Shown in pieces: positions 8,630 through 16,956 of a stretch of 64,000 nucleotides of DNA; position 1 is the first letter of the stretch; each line of letters begins with the position of its first letter. The notes beneath the pieces were generated by a model that saw only the letters and a program-made list of their open reading frames with translations, was not told the origin of the DNA and ran no database searches. The stretch spans positions 1 to 64,000 of the IMG/VR virus record IMGVR_UViG_3300037440_000399. One strand, written 5' to 3'. This stretch comes from a virus (taxonomy: Duplodnaviria; Caudoviricetes). Position numbers and translations under genes: made by a program.

Positions 8630-8826
8630 CCTGGGCGACCCTTCACAGGGCGGTCGTAACCCTGCTGCGCAATCTCGTCGATGCGCTGCCGCAACACGAG
8701 CGGACGATGTTTCTGCGCGAGGTAGCTCAGAGTGCGCTTGCGCTGGCTGCCGAGGTGCGCCCGCCTAGCGGGGTGATGAAGTTGGACTTGCCGGATCCGG
8801 ACGACTCGAGAGGCAACGGCGAATGA
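8626..8826 (+). CDS. hypothetical protein
   Basis: ATGA-coupled at both ends. Confidence 0.55.
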   Translation: MTWATLHRAVVTLLRNLVDALPQHERTMFLREVAQSALALAAEVRPPSGVMKLDLPDPDDSRGNGE

Positions 8827-9632
8827 TTGCGAAATGGGTACCTGCTGTTCGCACGCCTGCGACACCCGCAGACGTGTCGCGCGCGTACGCTGCGGCGCTG
8901 TCGAATTATGTCGGCAAGCATCGTCCCGAAGCAGTCGCTGTGCTGCATGCCCAGGGCGCGCTTGAGACCGGCAGGTTCGCCGCGTGCTGGGGCCACAATG
9001 CAGGGAATATCAAGGCCGGCAAACAGTACGCGGGCCAGTATTGCACGATCAAGCTGAACGAAATACTCGTGCGCAACGGCAAGCGCGTGACGGTCTGGTT
9101 CTCGCCGCTCGGCGAGCTCACGTCAAAGAATGGGACGGTCGTCGCGGGCACCGAGAGCGCTGATCCGCCAGGGCACGCCCAGACGCGCATGCGTTCCTAC
9201 GACACGCTCGCCGATGGCATCACGGATAAGATTCGATTTCTTACTGGCACACGCTGGCGACCATCACTCGAGCGCGCGCTAGCGGGAGACCCGTCGGGCT
9301 ACGTGGAAACGGTACGCGCTGCGGGATATTTTACCGCCGATCTGGCGCCCTACAGTCGCGCGGTGGTCTCGCTGTTTAAGCAATATCTCCCGCTTGCGCG
9401 CGCGCAAGCCGTCGAGCCCGAGCCGCTGCCGCCCGAGGAAGAAGAGCAGATGTGCCTTGATATGGCGGCGTGTTTTCGGACCGAGCTGCCGGAATGGCTG
9501 CGCATGCGTGTTGCGCAGATCACGGCGCTGACGGCCCAGCAGATGCTGGACGAATCCGCCGAAGCGCGCCGCAAAGCCGTGCAGGATGCCGTCCTGCGCG
9601 TTGGCGACGGGCTGACAGACGACGATGACTGA
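8823..9632 (+). CDS. endolysin, GH73/FlgJ-like glucosaminidase
   Basis: AQGALETG, NAGNIKAG, MRSYDT, AAGYFTAD motif series of lysozyme-fold glucosaminidases. Confidence 0.75.
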   Translation: MIAKWVPAVRTPATPADVSRAYAAALSNYVGKHRPEAVAVLHAQGALETGRFAACWGHNAGNIKAGKQYAGQYCTIKLNEILVRNGKRVTVWFSPLGELTSKNGTVVAGTESADPPGHAQTRMRSYDTLADGITDKIRFLTGTRWRPSLERALAGDPSGYVETVRAAGYFTADLAPYSRAVVSLFKQYLPLARAQAVEPEPLPPEEEEQMCLDMAACFRTELPEWLRMRVAQITALTAQQMLDESAEARRKAVQDAVLRVGDGLTDDDD

Positions 9633-9774
9633 CGTCGAAGCAGCCGAGCTCTGTATGCTGCTTGCCGAATTGCGCGCACTCGTTTCGCGCATCGAAGTTC
9701 TGCTTGCGGCGAACGAAGCTCAGGGACGCGAAACGCCGACCCTTCCATGTCCGATGGGGACCGAGGAACCGTGA
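9625..9774 (+). CDS. hypothetical protein (49 aa)
   Basis: Bridges the endolysin and the next gene through start/stop overlaps. Confidence 0.45.
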   Translation: MTDVEAAELCMLLAELRALVSRIEVLLAANEAQGRETPTLPCPMGTEEP

Positions 9775-10304
9775 CCACCAAGGACGATGACAACGGCGAT
9801 CCGCCGACGATTCCGCCCGACAGGTTCAGCACGCCGAGTCCCGACATCGAGATCCGCGAATCGAATCCGGACGAGCTGGTATTGCGAAACGCAGCGCCGC
9901 ATATCCAGCTGACCATCAAGGAACTGCGGGAAACGCGCGCGCTGATCAATCAGCGCGAGCTCGCAGCGATTGAGCGCGAGCGTGCCGAGCAAAAGCGCGC
10001 CGATGTGCGCCACGAGGACGCCACGAAACTGCAGACGGAGTTTCTCAAGCTGGAGACCCTGATCATCACGGTCCGCAAGAATTCTGAGAAGCTAGATCAG
10101 CTGTGGAAATACGTGAGCGCGACGCGCAAGGACATCGGCGCACTGGATACGCGCCTCGAGATCCAGGAGAGTCTGACCGGCGACCATCAGCAGCGCATCG
10201 CAGTGATCGAGGCGCACATCGGGATCGCATCGAACGGACCCAGCTCGCCGCGCCTGTCCAGCGATCCGCCAACGGAACCGCCCGAGTCGGCAGATGGCGA
10301 GTGA
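9771..10304 (+). CDS. coiled-coil hypothetical protein
   Basis: GTGA overlap; heptad-rich central region. Confidence 0.6.
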   Translation: MTTKDDDNGDPPTIPPDRFSTPSPDIEIRESNPDELVLRNAAPHIQLTIKELRETRALINQRELAAIERERAEQKRADVRHEDATKLQTEFLKLETLIITVRKNSEKLDQLWKYVSATRKDIGALDTRLEIQESLTGDHQQRIAVIEAHIGIASNGPSSPRLSSDPPTEPPESADGE

Positions 10305-10515
10305 ACTCCGACAGCGGCTGCTCGACGCACGGCGAGCGATTGACGTTGACGGAATCATCTCCGATGGCGGCCTCATTCGTTACATCGGAATTGCCGAGCT
10401 GCAGCCAAACGGCAAATGGACATGCCTGGCCGACGTTGGCGGCGAATTCTGCCGCGTCGAGGTGAGCATCACGGGCGCGCTCACGGGAAAGAGCGTCGAG
10501 CCGGGCGATGGCTGA
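10294..10515 (+). CDS. hypothetical protein
   Basis: 73-aa ORF overlapping both neighbours. Confidence 0.5.
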   Translation: MASELRQRLLDARRAIDVDGIISDGGLIRYIGIAELQPNGKWTCLADVGGEFCRVEVSITGALTGKSVEPGDG

Positions 10516-10948
10516 CGACCGGCCACGGCGCGCCCCATCCGTCCTCGGTGTGCCCGTCCCTCCTGCGCATGACGCACGGCGCGGCCATCCTGGCTTTGAT
10601 CCGTCGTCGAGACCTCCGCCGCCCTCATCTCGAACGCGCGAATCCTACTGGCACCGCATACCGGCCGTCTGGAAAGCGCTCACGGTGATTGCGGCTTTCG
10701 TCGGCGCCGGCGCTACGACGCAAGCCTATTTCGCGACGTACGTAACGACCGCGGAGCTCGAGACGCGACTCGCCGGTCGCACTGCGCAGGTGGAGCGATT
10801 GCAGGATCAGATCCGCCAGCTCCGCGAGGCAGACGCTGCACAGGCGCGGGACGTCGAAGCGATCAAGGAGCTCGCTGCCGAGACGCGCGCGGACGTCAAG
10901 CGATTGCTGCAGCACATGCTCGAAAACCCTCCGGAGCGCAGGCGATGA
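10508..10948 (+). CDS. single-TM coiled-coil protein (i-spanin-like topology)
   Basis: TM segment ALTVIAAFVGAGA followed by a ~60-aa coiled coil. Confidence 0.55.
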   Translation: MADDRPRRAPSVLGVPVPPAHDARRGHPGFDPSSRPPPPSSRTRESYWHRIPAVWKALTVIAAFVGAGATTQAYFATYVTTAELETRLAGRTAQVERLQDQIRQLREADAAQARDVEAIKELAAETRADVKRLLQHMLENPPERRR

Positions 10949-11352
10949 GACTGTCCGCTGCAGCGCTGGGCGTGCTTGCGATCACCTGCACGGTAGCCGG
11001 ACGCGACACGCCTCAGGCGCCTGTGCAAGCAACCCCGCCGACAGACGAGTGCGTTTGCGAATGTGAACGCAACGACGACGCGGTCGCGGCTTGCAAGGCC
11101 GATCTAGCCGAGATGGCGGAGTCACTCCACGAGGCGCGTAGCAATGTGCGGACGCGCACACGCGTAGTGGAAGCGTCCGGTCCGCCGCGTAAGTGCGGAG
11201 GCGACGCGCCAAAGATCACAGACGTGCCGACTGCGGCATGCGCGCCCGGCATGGTCTGCCTCGACGCTCGCTCGCAGCGCGCACTGGCTGTCAACCTTGC
11301 CGCGTATGAGGCGTACGTGCGCAAGGTGCGAGCTTGCGAGAGTGAGCCTTGA
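10945..11352 (+). CDS. secreted Cys-containing coiled-coil protein
   Basis: Signal-peptide-like N-terminus with CVCEC and further Cys residues. Confidence 0.55.
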   Translation: MRLSAAALGVLAITCTVAGRDTPQAPVQATPPTDECVCECERNDDAVAACKADLAEMAESLHEARSNVRTRTRVVEASGPPRKCGGDAPKITDVPTAACAPGMVCLDARSQRALAVNLAAYEAYVRKVRACESEP

Positions 11353-11651
11353 GCCGCTGGAAATGCAGCCGCTGCGTCCGCGTCAAGCTCTACTTCGTCG
11401 AAGAGCCCGTCGTAATGGCGGACTCGCCGCTGGATGCCAACGCTGCGCCGACGCGCGTTGTGACGGTTTGCGTTGAGTGCTTGCAAGCACGATGGCGGAG
11501 ACAAGGGTGGTGTGAGCTCTGCGGTGGGCTCCCGCATCGAGTGATCGACGGGACCTGTCGCGTCTGCGGGTTGCGTCACCAAGACGAGCCGCCCGCGGAG
11601 CCGAGCGGGCTGAACTCGAGTCCGATAGCTCTGTTTTTGGAAGACTTCTGA
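11349..11651 (+). CDS. Zn-finger-like hypothetical protein
   Basis: Multiple CxxC pairs. Confidence 0.5.
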   Translation: MSRWKCSRCVRVKLYFVEEPVVMADSPLDANAAPTRVVTVCVECLQARWRRQGWCELCGGLPHRVIDGTCRVCGLRHQDEPPAEPSGLNSSPIALFLEDF

Positions 11652-11668
11652 CCGAAAGGATCGAACAC

Positions 11669-11866
11669 ATGTCACTACTCAGCATCATCGTCGCGCTCGT
11701 CGTTGTCGGCGTGCTGCTCTACGTCGTCAACTCGCTGATCCCGATGGACGCGAAGGTCAAGACGATTTTGAACATCGTCGTCGTCATCGTGCTCGTACTC
11801 TGGCTGCTGAGCGCGTTCGGTCTGCTCGACGCGATCGGTACAGTGCGCGTCCCGCGAGCCAACTGA
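11669..11866 (+). CDS. Thivi_2564-like small membrane protein
   Basis: 65 aa; two TM helices around LIPMDAKVKTILN. Confidence 0.7.
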   Translation: MSLLSIIVALVVVGVLLYVVNSLIPMDAKVKTILNIVVVIVLVLWLLSAFGLLDAIGTVRVPRAN

Positions 11867-12372
11867 TGACGTCCGCGATTCTCTTGGCCATGCTGGCTCA
11901 GCCGCCCTACTACGCCGACCGTCACGACCCGCCGGAGTCCCGCCGCCAGCTCTACACGCCGATCGCCGAGGCCATCGGCAGCGCCGCGCGGGGTGACCGT
12001 GACGTCGTGTCGGCGCTGCTCTCACATTCTTGGCACGAGACCAAGTGGGGCCGGCTAATAGTTACCGGCCAGTGTCGCCGAATGCCCAAGGGTCAACGCT
12101 GCGACGAGGGACGCGCCAGGACGGTCTTTCAGGTTCACGGCTGGTGCCGAGGGGCGTTCGCCTCGCCGGACGGTTCCAGGGCCAGTCTCGAGGCCGGGGC
12201 GCGCTGCGCAGCGTCGATGCTACGTGCGGGCCGCGCTCGGTGCCGCTCGTGGCTCGGCGCGTTCGCCGGCATGCGGGGTTCGTTCGCGTGCACGAGTCCG
12301 GCGGCACCCGCCCGCGTTGCCACCATGCGCCGAGTTGCCGCGCTGCTTGACGGATCCCGCCCTAGTACGTAA
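11866..12372 (+). CDS. lytic transglycosylase-like (lysozyme-fold) protein
   Basis: SWHET (catalytic Glu position) and GRARTVFQVH (GxMQ-like) motifs; hydrophobic N-terminus. Confidence 0.55.
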   Translation: MTSAILLAMLAQPPYYADRHDPPESRRQLYTPIAEAIGSAARGDRDVVSALLSHSWHETKWGRLIVTGQCRRMPKGQRCDEGRARTVFQVHGWCRGAFASPDGSRASLEAGARCAASMLRAGRARCRSWLGAFAGMRGSFACTSPAAPARVATMRRVAALLDGSRPST

Positions 12373-12396
12373 GTTCTAGCCACCCACCCGCAATCG

Positions 12397-12621
12397 TCAG
12401 CCCCGGGAGCCCCGCCGCTCTCGGGGCTTTTTCTTTGTCTGGCGCTCCCGGATCTGCTCCCATTCCTGGGTCTCGCCGTCGATCATCGATTCAATGATCT
12501 CCGCGCGGCTGTAGCCAGAGGCGTCGCTAATCGCGTCGAGCTTGCGGACATAATCCGCCGGCAACCAAACCTCAAGCCGACGCAGACCACGCGCCCGGCG
12601 CTCTGCCGACGTCTGGCTCAT
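12397..12621 (-). CDS. ribbon-helix-helix / antitoxin-like DNA-binding protein
   Basis: RARGLRRLEVWLP...KLDAISDASGYSRAEII pattern. Confidence 0.6.
   Translation of the reverse strand: MSQTSAERRARGLRRLEVWLPADYVRKLDAISDASGYSRAEIIESMIDGETQEWEQIRERQTKKKPRERRGSRG
12408..12436 (+). terminator. intrinsic terminator ending the late/lysis operon
   Basis: AGCCCCG-7nt-CGGGGCT followed by TTTTCTTT. Confidence 0.75.
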
Positions 12622-12893
12622 CTGTACTCCCGCACACTCGCTGCTACCACAACCCACAGCCCGCCCTCGCGCACGACCCGCGCCGTCACGTCGATCTGCG
12701 TCGCCCGCGACCGGTGCCGGTACGCAGCGGGTCGGCCCGGCTCCGCATCTGCCGTGAGGCGCGCTCCGAGCAGCATCCCCGTGAGCTCCCGTCGCGCCTG
12801 TTCGTCTCCGCAGCGCTGATGCTCCTGATAGGTGCGGGCAGCGGCGAGCGTGACGTACAGGCTCTCGGCGGGCAGCGTGTCAGTCGTCGACAT
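12618..12893 (-). CDS. hypothetical protein (toxin-like position)
   Basis: 91 aa, coupled to the RHH gene. Confidence 0.55.
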   Translation of the reverse strand: MSTTDTLPAESLYVTLAAARTYQEHQRCGDEQARRELTGMLLGARLTADAEPGRPAAYRHRSRATQIDVTARVVREGGLWVVVAASVREYR

Positions 12894-13038
12894 TTTCGAG
12901 CTCCACGATCTGCTCGTACACCCGATCCCGCTCGCGGACGCGCCGCGCGCGCTCGCTCGCCTGCATGTGCTCCTCGGGCTCGCAAATCGATTCGTTGAGG
13001 GTCTCGAGGCGGGCGCGGAGGGATTCGGCGGTGATCAT
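12880..13038 (-). CDS. hypothetical protein (52 aa)
   Basis: MITAESLRARLETLNES...; ATGA-coupled. Confidence 0.5.
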   Translation of the reverse strand: MITAESLRARLETLNESICEPEEHMQASERARRVRERDRVYEQIVELENVDD

Positions 13039-13238
13039 GCGCGCGCTCGCGACGCGCACTTACGGGCCGACTCCAAGGCGTGATCGGCCGACGCATATCC
13101 GCCATCGGTCCACGTGTGCAGGCCGTCGTATTGTTCCAGGTCGACCACGTACCCGTAAGTCCCGCGTACATATCCGTCCGAGCCGTCACTGAGGTACACG
13201 CGCACGTTGCTCTTTGTCGTGTAGACTGTTTTGGTCAT
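13035..13238 (-). CDS. hypothetical protein
   Basis: 67 aa; AAAGGA SD. Confidence 0.6.
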   Translation of the reverse strand: MTKTVYTTKSNVRVYLSDGSDGYVRGTYGYVVDLEQYDGLHTWTDGGYASADHALESARKCASRARA

Positions 13239-13310
13239 CGTCTCATCCGTCCTTTCGGGCTGACTCGCCCCGGGCCTGCTCGCGATAGCTCACGGGCAGG
13301 GCCGGAGAGG

Positions 13311-13610
13311 TCAGCGCTCCACGGAGAGCCAACGGACCGTGCGGACGCGCTTGGCATCGAGCAACCCGCCGACGGTAGCCAGCACTTTGCGGCCCCGGCG
13401 CTCACGCAGGTCGATTCGCGTCCCATTGTCGAGCACGTCTCGCTGCTCGGCCGCGAAGCTCTCGAGATATGCCGTGGCGGACCCGAGTGAGGTGAACCGG
13501 CGTGCGCCGCGTCCGAACCACTGGCCATTGCCGCCGCGCTGCAGTTTCTCTACTTCGTACTGAGTTTTTGTCATCGTCTTGAGCATCTCGACTCGGATTT
13601 CGTTTGCCAT
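13311..13610 (-). CDS. hypothetical protein, first gene of a promoter-driven cassette
   Basis: AGGAGA SD, directly downstream of the sigma70-like promoter. Confidence 0.65.
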   Translation of the reverse strand: MANEIRVEMLKTMTKTQYEVEKLQRGGNGQWFGRGARRFTSLGSATAYLESFAAEQRDVLDNGTRIDLRERRGRKVLATVGGLLDAKRVRTVRWLSVER

Positions 13611-13661
13611 GGGTCTCTCCTACGGTGCACGCCGCGGGCTGCGGCGTGATGTGATGGTCTA

Positions 13662-13719
13662 TATATAGCGACCGGTGTCCGGACACGCAAGGGAAAAACG
13701 CCATGCCCGGTCGATTTTT
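13662..13719 (-). promoter_or_regulatory. sigma70-type promoter with palindromic operator
   Basis: TTGCGT-N17-TATATA on the minus strand. Perfect palindrome GTGTCCGGACAC at 13675-13686. AAAAATCGAC lies 19 nt upstream of the -35. Confidence 0.75.
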
Positions 13720-15109
13720 ACGATCCAGCCTTTTTCGGCTGCCCGTCGAGCTCACGGAGCGCGTCGAGAGCCCGCATCACGGCGCCATGGTTCTGACCTT
13801 CGCGCGTTGCAGCCCACTCAGTTATTGAACCCTTGGGATTCCACCGCGTGCTCTGGAGCTCGGTCCAGGCGGCCCGCAACCGAGCCTCGGCGGCTTCGGC
13901 GCTCTTCTTATATTCGGCTGCCTTGCGCCCGTATGTCTCTGCTTTCTGGCGATTGTAGCCGGGTGAGTTGCCGTCCTTTTCGGCCCACTCCGCCAGCTCG
14001 CGTCGGGCGGCATCGAGCTGCTCTTGCATCTTCTTTTGCACGTCAACGGCGGACTTGAATGTCTCAAGTCGCCCTTGTGCAACGCGCTGCAGACGCTCAC
14101 ACTCCGCCCGCGTCCCCGCCAGCTCCTCGGTCAGCTTGGCGACGTAACTCTCTACCCGGAGCAATAGCGACGCGGGCGCAACTGCCTCGGGCGAGCCCTC
14201 GAGCAGCTTGGCGAGGCGTTGTTCCAATGTTTCGTAGGCCTCGGTGCGGCGCCTTTCGGCGGCCAGCTCCTCGGTCAGCTTGGCGACGGTGGCGCGGAGC
14301 TCTTGTGCGTCGACCCATTCTTGTGCGCGCACCTTCTGCAAGGCCAGGTGGCGCCGTTCCATGTTCGCGATCGTGCCGCGCAAGTCCTCCTCGTCGATCT
14401 TCTCCACCGTCTCGCACTCCGCAGGACGCTTCCCGGTACCCCCGCACTGCGAACAGAGCAGCATCTGATCGGCCGGGTTGCGCACCAGCGGATAGCCGGT
14501 GCCGTTGCAGGCTTTGCACGCGTACGGATAAGGCCTTTGTTGATCCATCCTCCAGCCATCGCCGCCGCATTGCGGGCACGTCGCGGCTTCGGCGGGCAGG
14601 GGCTCGGCCTTGCGCTTCGTCGCGTCGATCGTCATGCGTGCCCAATGAGCAGCATCAACCAGATCGCGGACCAGATCGCGCACATCTTCATCGTCGGTGT
14701 CGACGTTGCTTAGCCACTCGTTGGCTGCGCTGATCGCGTCATCGAGCGCCTCGTGAGCACGCATCGGAGCGGCTTCGGGTGACGGGGGCTCGGCATGTGC
14801 CTTGTCCCAACACGCATCGCAAACGGTAAAGGCAGCGCCGCCCTGGGCTTTCGTGCGCAGCTTGCCGCAGCGTGTGCACGGGTAGAGCGGCTCGGCAGTG
14901 CCGGCCGTAGTCGGTGGCTCGATCATGTATCCCGACAGTGGCAGGACGCCGGTCGTAGTCGGCGGGGGCTCGTCGCCAGCGTATTTCGGCAGCGCGTCGA
15001 TGCGGGCATGCGCGGCGCGAAACGCCTCGACGATAGCGGCTCGATAAGTGATCGGATCGCCGTTGTGTACACCATTGGTTAGAGCAGCATGCAATTCATC
15101 CGGCGTCAT
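13718..15109 (-). CDS. large hypothetical protein with DnaJ-type CxxCxGxG zinc motifs and coiled coil
   Basis: CPQCGGDG, CKACNGTG and CSQCGGTG motifs; VAKLTEELA repeated. Confidence 0.65.
   Translation of the reverse strand: MTPDELHAALTNGVHNGDPITYRAAIVEAFRAAHARIDALPKYAGDEPPPTTTGVLPLSGYMIEPPTTAGTAEPLYPCTRCGKLRTKAQGGAAFTVCDACWDKAHAEPPSPEAAPMRAHEALDDAISAANEWLSNVDTDDEDVRDLVRDLVDAAHWARMTIDATKRKAEPLPAEAATCPQCGGDGWRMDQQRPYPYACKACNGTGYPLVRNPADQMLLCSQCGGTGKRPAECETVEKIDEEDLRGTIANMERRHLALQKVRAQEWVDAQELRATVAKLTEELAAERRRTEAYETLEQRLAKLLEGSPEAVAPASLLLRVESYVAKLTEELAGTRAECERLQRVAQGRLETFKSAVDVQKKMQEQLDAARRELAEWAEKDGNSPGYNRQKAETYGRKAAEYKKSAEAAEARLRAAWTELQSTRWNPKGSITEWAATREGQNHGAVMRALDALRELDGQPKKAGS
14118..14288. 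repeat. 27-bp perfect direct repeat (14118-14144 and 14262-14288)
   Basis: GCCAGCTCCTCGGTCAGCTTGGCGACG twice, in frame, 144 bp apart. Confidence 0.85.
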
Positions 15110-15320
15110 CGTCTTCTCCTCGAATCCGCGCAAGCTCGCCGGGCCAGAGATGTGGCGGAGTCGGCTCCTCCCGATAGCCCGGGCAGTCGTTGTCGCAGTA
15201 GCTGTTGGCACACGCGAGCGGAACGGACCGTCCGCGTGGCACCTTGCGCTTGTCGCATCGCGAGCAGTAGACGATGCGCTCGCATTCCGTTGTGCACTCG
15301 GCGTATTCATCCGTTGTCAT
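15096..15320 (-). CDS. Cys-rich hypothetical protein
   Basis: 74 aa; overlaps both neighbours. Confidence 0.5.
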   Translation of the reverse strand: MTTDEYAECTTECERIVYCSRCDKRKVPRGRSVPLACANSYCDNDCPGYREEPTPPHLWPGELARIRGEDDDAG

Positions 15321-15531
15321 CGGGTAACCTTAGCCAAAGCGGCTTCGTTTCCAGCTGCATCCCGCGCTCCAGGCCAAGCGTCACGATCGCGCGAATCTCG
15401 GCGACGGTTAGCTCGCTGGATAAGTACACGTGAGTGATCGTGTCGCGCAGCGCACACGCTGTCGGGTTGTTTTCCACGAGGCTCCGCGCGTCGATGCGCG
15501 GGCTCATGGGGTAGGTGTCATCCGTTGCCAT
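15307..15531 (-). CDS. hypothetical protein
   Basis: 74 aa in a coupled run. Confidence 0.45.
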   Translation of the reverse strand: MATDDTYPMSPRIDARSLVENNPTACALRDTITHVYLSSELTVAEIRAIVTLGLERGMQLETKPLWLRLPDDNG

Positions 15532-15850
15532 CTTGCTTCCCTCCCGCGGCGAGCGCTTCAGCAGCTGCGTGCAGGTGAGCTCCAGTTAACTCGTACAGCT
15601 TGCCCTTGTACGAGTAGGCCAGCGCGCCACTTAGCGTCTCGTTGCTACTGTCGAATCGCGCGAAGTCTGCGAAGGGCTTCAGCGCCCGCTCCAAAACCTC
15701 GACGCGGGCGCGGAGTCTGTCGCGTTCGTCGGCGGCCTCTCCCAGCTGCCGTTTCAGTCGTAAGTTTTCCGCTCGCTCGTGGGCGCCGCATGTGCACGCC
15801 GGGTCGAGTTCGAACTGCACGACTAGTTCGCAGTGTTCCTCGTGTTGCAT
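15518..15850 (-). CDS. hypothetical protein (coiled coil, ALKPFA motif)
   Basis: AAGGAA SD; typical phage early ORF. Confidence 0.55.
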   Translation of the reverse strand: MQHEEHCELVVQFELDPACTCGAHERAENLRLKRQLGEAADERDRLRARVEVLERALKPFADFARFDSSNETLSGALAYSYKGKLYELTGAHLHAAAEALAAGGKQDGNG

Positions 15851-15851
15851 G

Positions 15852-16124
15852 TCATTCCTTTGCGGGCGAGAGGGCGCGGATGGCTGCGGCCAAGTCGCGG
15901 CAGGTCCCCTCGTATGGGCCGACATACGACGGCGGGCCGCCTATCTGTGCACGTGCGGCGGACGCTTCACGATCACACACCCGCGCGGCTTCCTCGAGTG
16001 CCGCGGCGCGCACGGCGGCGCGGTCTGCCAGGATATGGTTTGCCGCTACGTGCGCATTTGGTGACGCGGCGAGACGAACGAGCAGACTACCCGCGCTCTC
16101 GATGCGCTCGGCGTTGTCAGCCAT
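15852..16124 (-). CDS. hypothetical protein (AALEEAA motif)
   Basis: The RAAALEEAARVC pattern is common in phage early ORFs. Confidence 0.5.
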   Translation of the reverse strand: MADNAERIESAGSLLVRLAASPNAHVAANHILADRAAVRAAALEEAARVCDREASAARAQIGGPPSYVGPYEGTCRDLAAAIRALSPAKE

Positions 16125-16311
16125 GATCCGACACCTTTCGCAGCGCAGCCGCCGCATTCCGCAGTCGCGCCAGGTCTGTTTCGTCGATCTTGGTACCGCG
16201 CTTGCCGCTGAACACCGCGCCGCGAACTGGCGCGAATCGCTCGAAGGGTTTCAGCGCGCGGAGGAGGGCGTCCACGGCGCGGCGGATGCGCTCGGCGTTG
16301 TCGTCAGCCAC
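16117..16311 (-). CDS. hypothetical protein
   Basis: GTG start; its N-terminus duplicates that of the 15852-16124 gene. Confidence 0.5.
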   Translation of the reverse strand: MADDNAERIRRAVDALLRALKPFERFAPVRGAVFSGKRGTKIDETDLARLRNAAAALRKVSDHG

Positions 16312-16561
16312 GCCGCCCCGCTTTCGGCTTGGGCCTGCCGCGTTTCTTTGGTTGCGGCTTCCGCGCCGTCACCCGCAGCGCTTCGCGGACTTCGGTCTGC
16401 AGCGCGTCCCATTCCTTGCGCCGCAGAGCGCAGGCCGCGCGCACGTCAGTCGGCACGTCGTCGCGCTGGGCGCAGTTGTAGGCGATGTTCGAGAGCAACG
16501 AGCCGGCGAGTTGAGACTTGCGGAGGGCCAGCTGCGCGCGTGTAAGTTTGGCGAGTGCCAC
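16304..16561 (-). CDS. hypothetical basic protein
   Basis: Coupled overlaps with neighbours. Confidence 0.5.
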   Translation of the reverse strand: MALAKLTRAQLALRKSQLAGSLLSNIAYNCAQRDDVPTDVRAACALRRKEWDALQTEVREALRVTARKPQPKKRGRPKPKAGRRG

Positions 16562-16956
16562 TACCGCCCCCTCGCGCGCTTTGCCCGGTCGGGAATCTCG
16601 ATCCTCGATCCCGGCGCGATCGGCTCCGGCTCGCGCAGCAACGCGGCGGGAATGGCGGGCGCTTCGTAGGGATCTGCTTCCGGGAACTCTGCATCCATGG
16701 GCGCCTGCTTATCGCTGTCGGGCGTCGCTGTGCCAAATGGAGGCTCCGGCTCACTCTGCAGCGGCGGCGTGCGCAGATGCTCAGGCAAAAGAGACGCGGC
16801 TTCTAAAACCCGCCGCACCTCGGGCGCCAGGCCTTGGACGACGTCCTGCCGCATGCGCTCGTAGTAGGCGGCTCGGCGGGCCCGGTCGTGGGCTTCGAGC
16901 TTGTCGATGCGGACGAGCTTGTGGGAGATGCGTAGGGCGATTTGGACGGGGTTCAT
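16561..16956 (-). CDS. hypothetical protein
   Basis: ATGA overlap with the recT stop. Confidence 0.55.
   Translation of the reverse strand: MNPVQIALRISHKLVRIDKLEAHDRARRAAYYERMRQDVVQGLAPEVRRVLEAASLLPEHLRTPPLQSEPEPPFGTATPDSDKQAPMDAEFPEADPYEAPAIPAALLREPEPIAPGSRIEIPDRAKRARGR

Noticed and set aside
10508-11352. Firm i-spanin/o-spanin call
   Set aside because: The topology fits partly, but the second protein lacks a canonical lipobox. Left as descriptive calls.
15430-16545. 371-aa + ORF in the early left arm
   Set aside because: Antisense to several coupled minus-strand genes, with low-complexity shadow composition.
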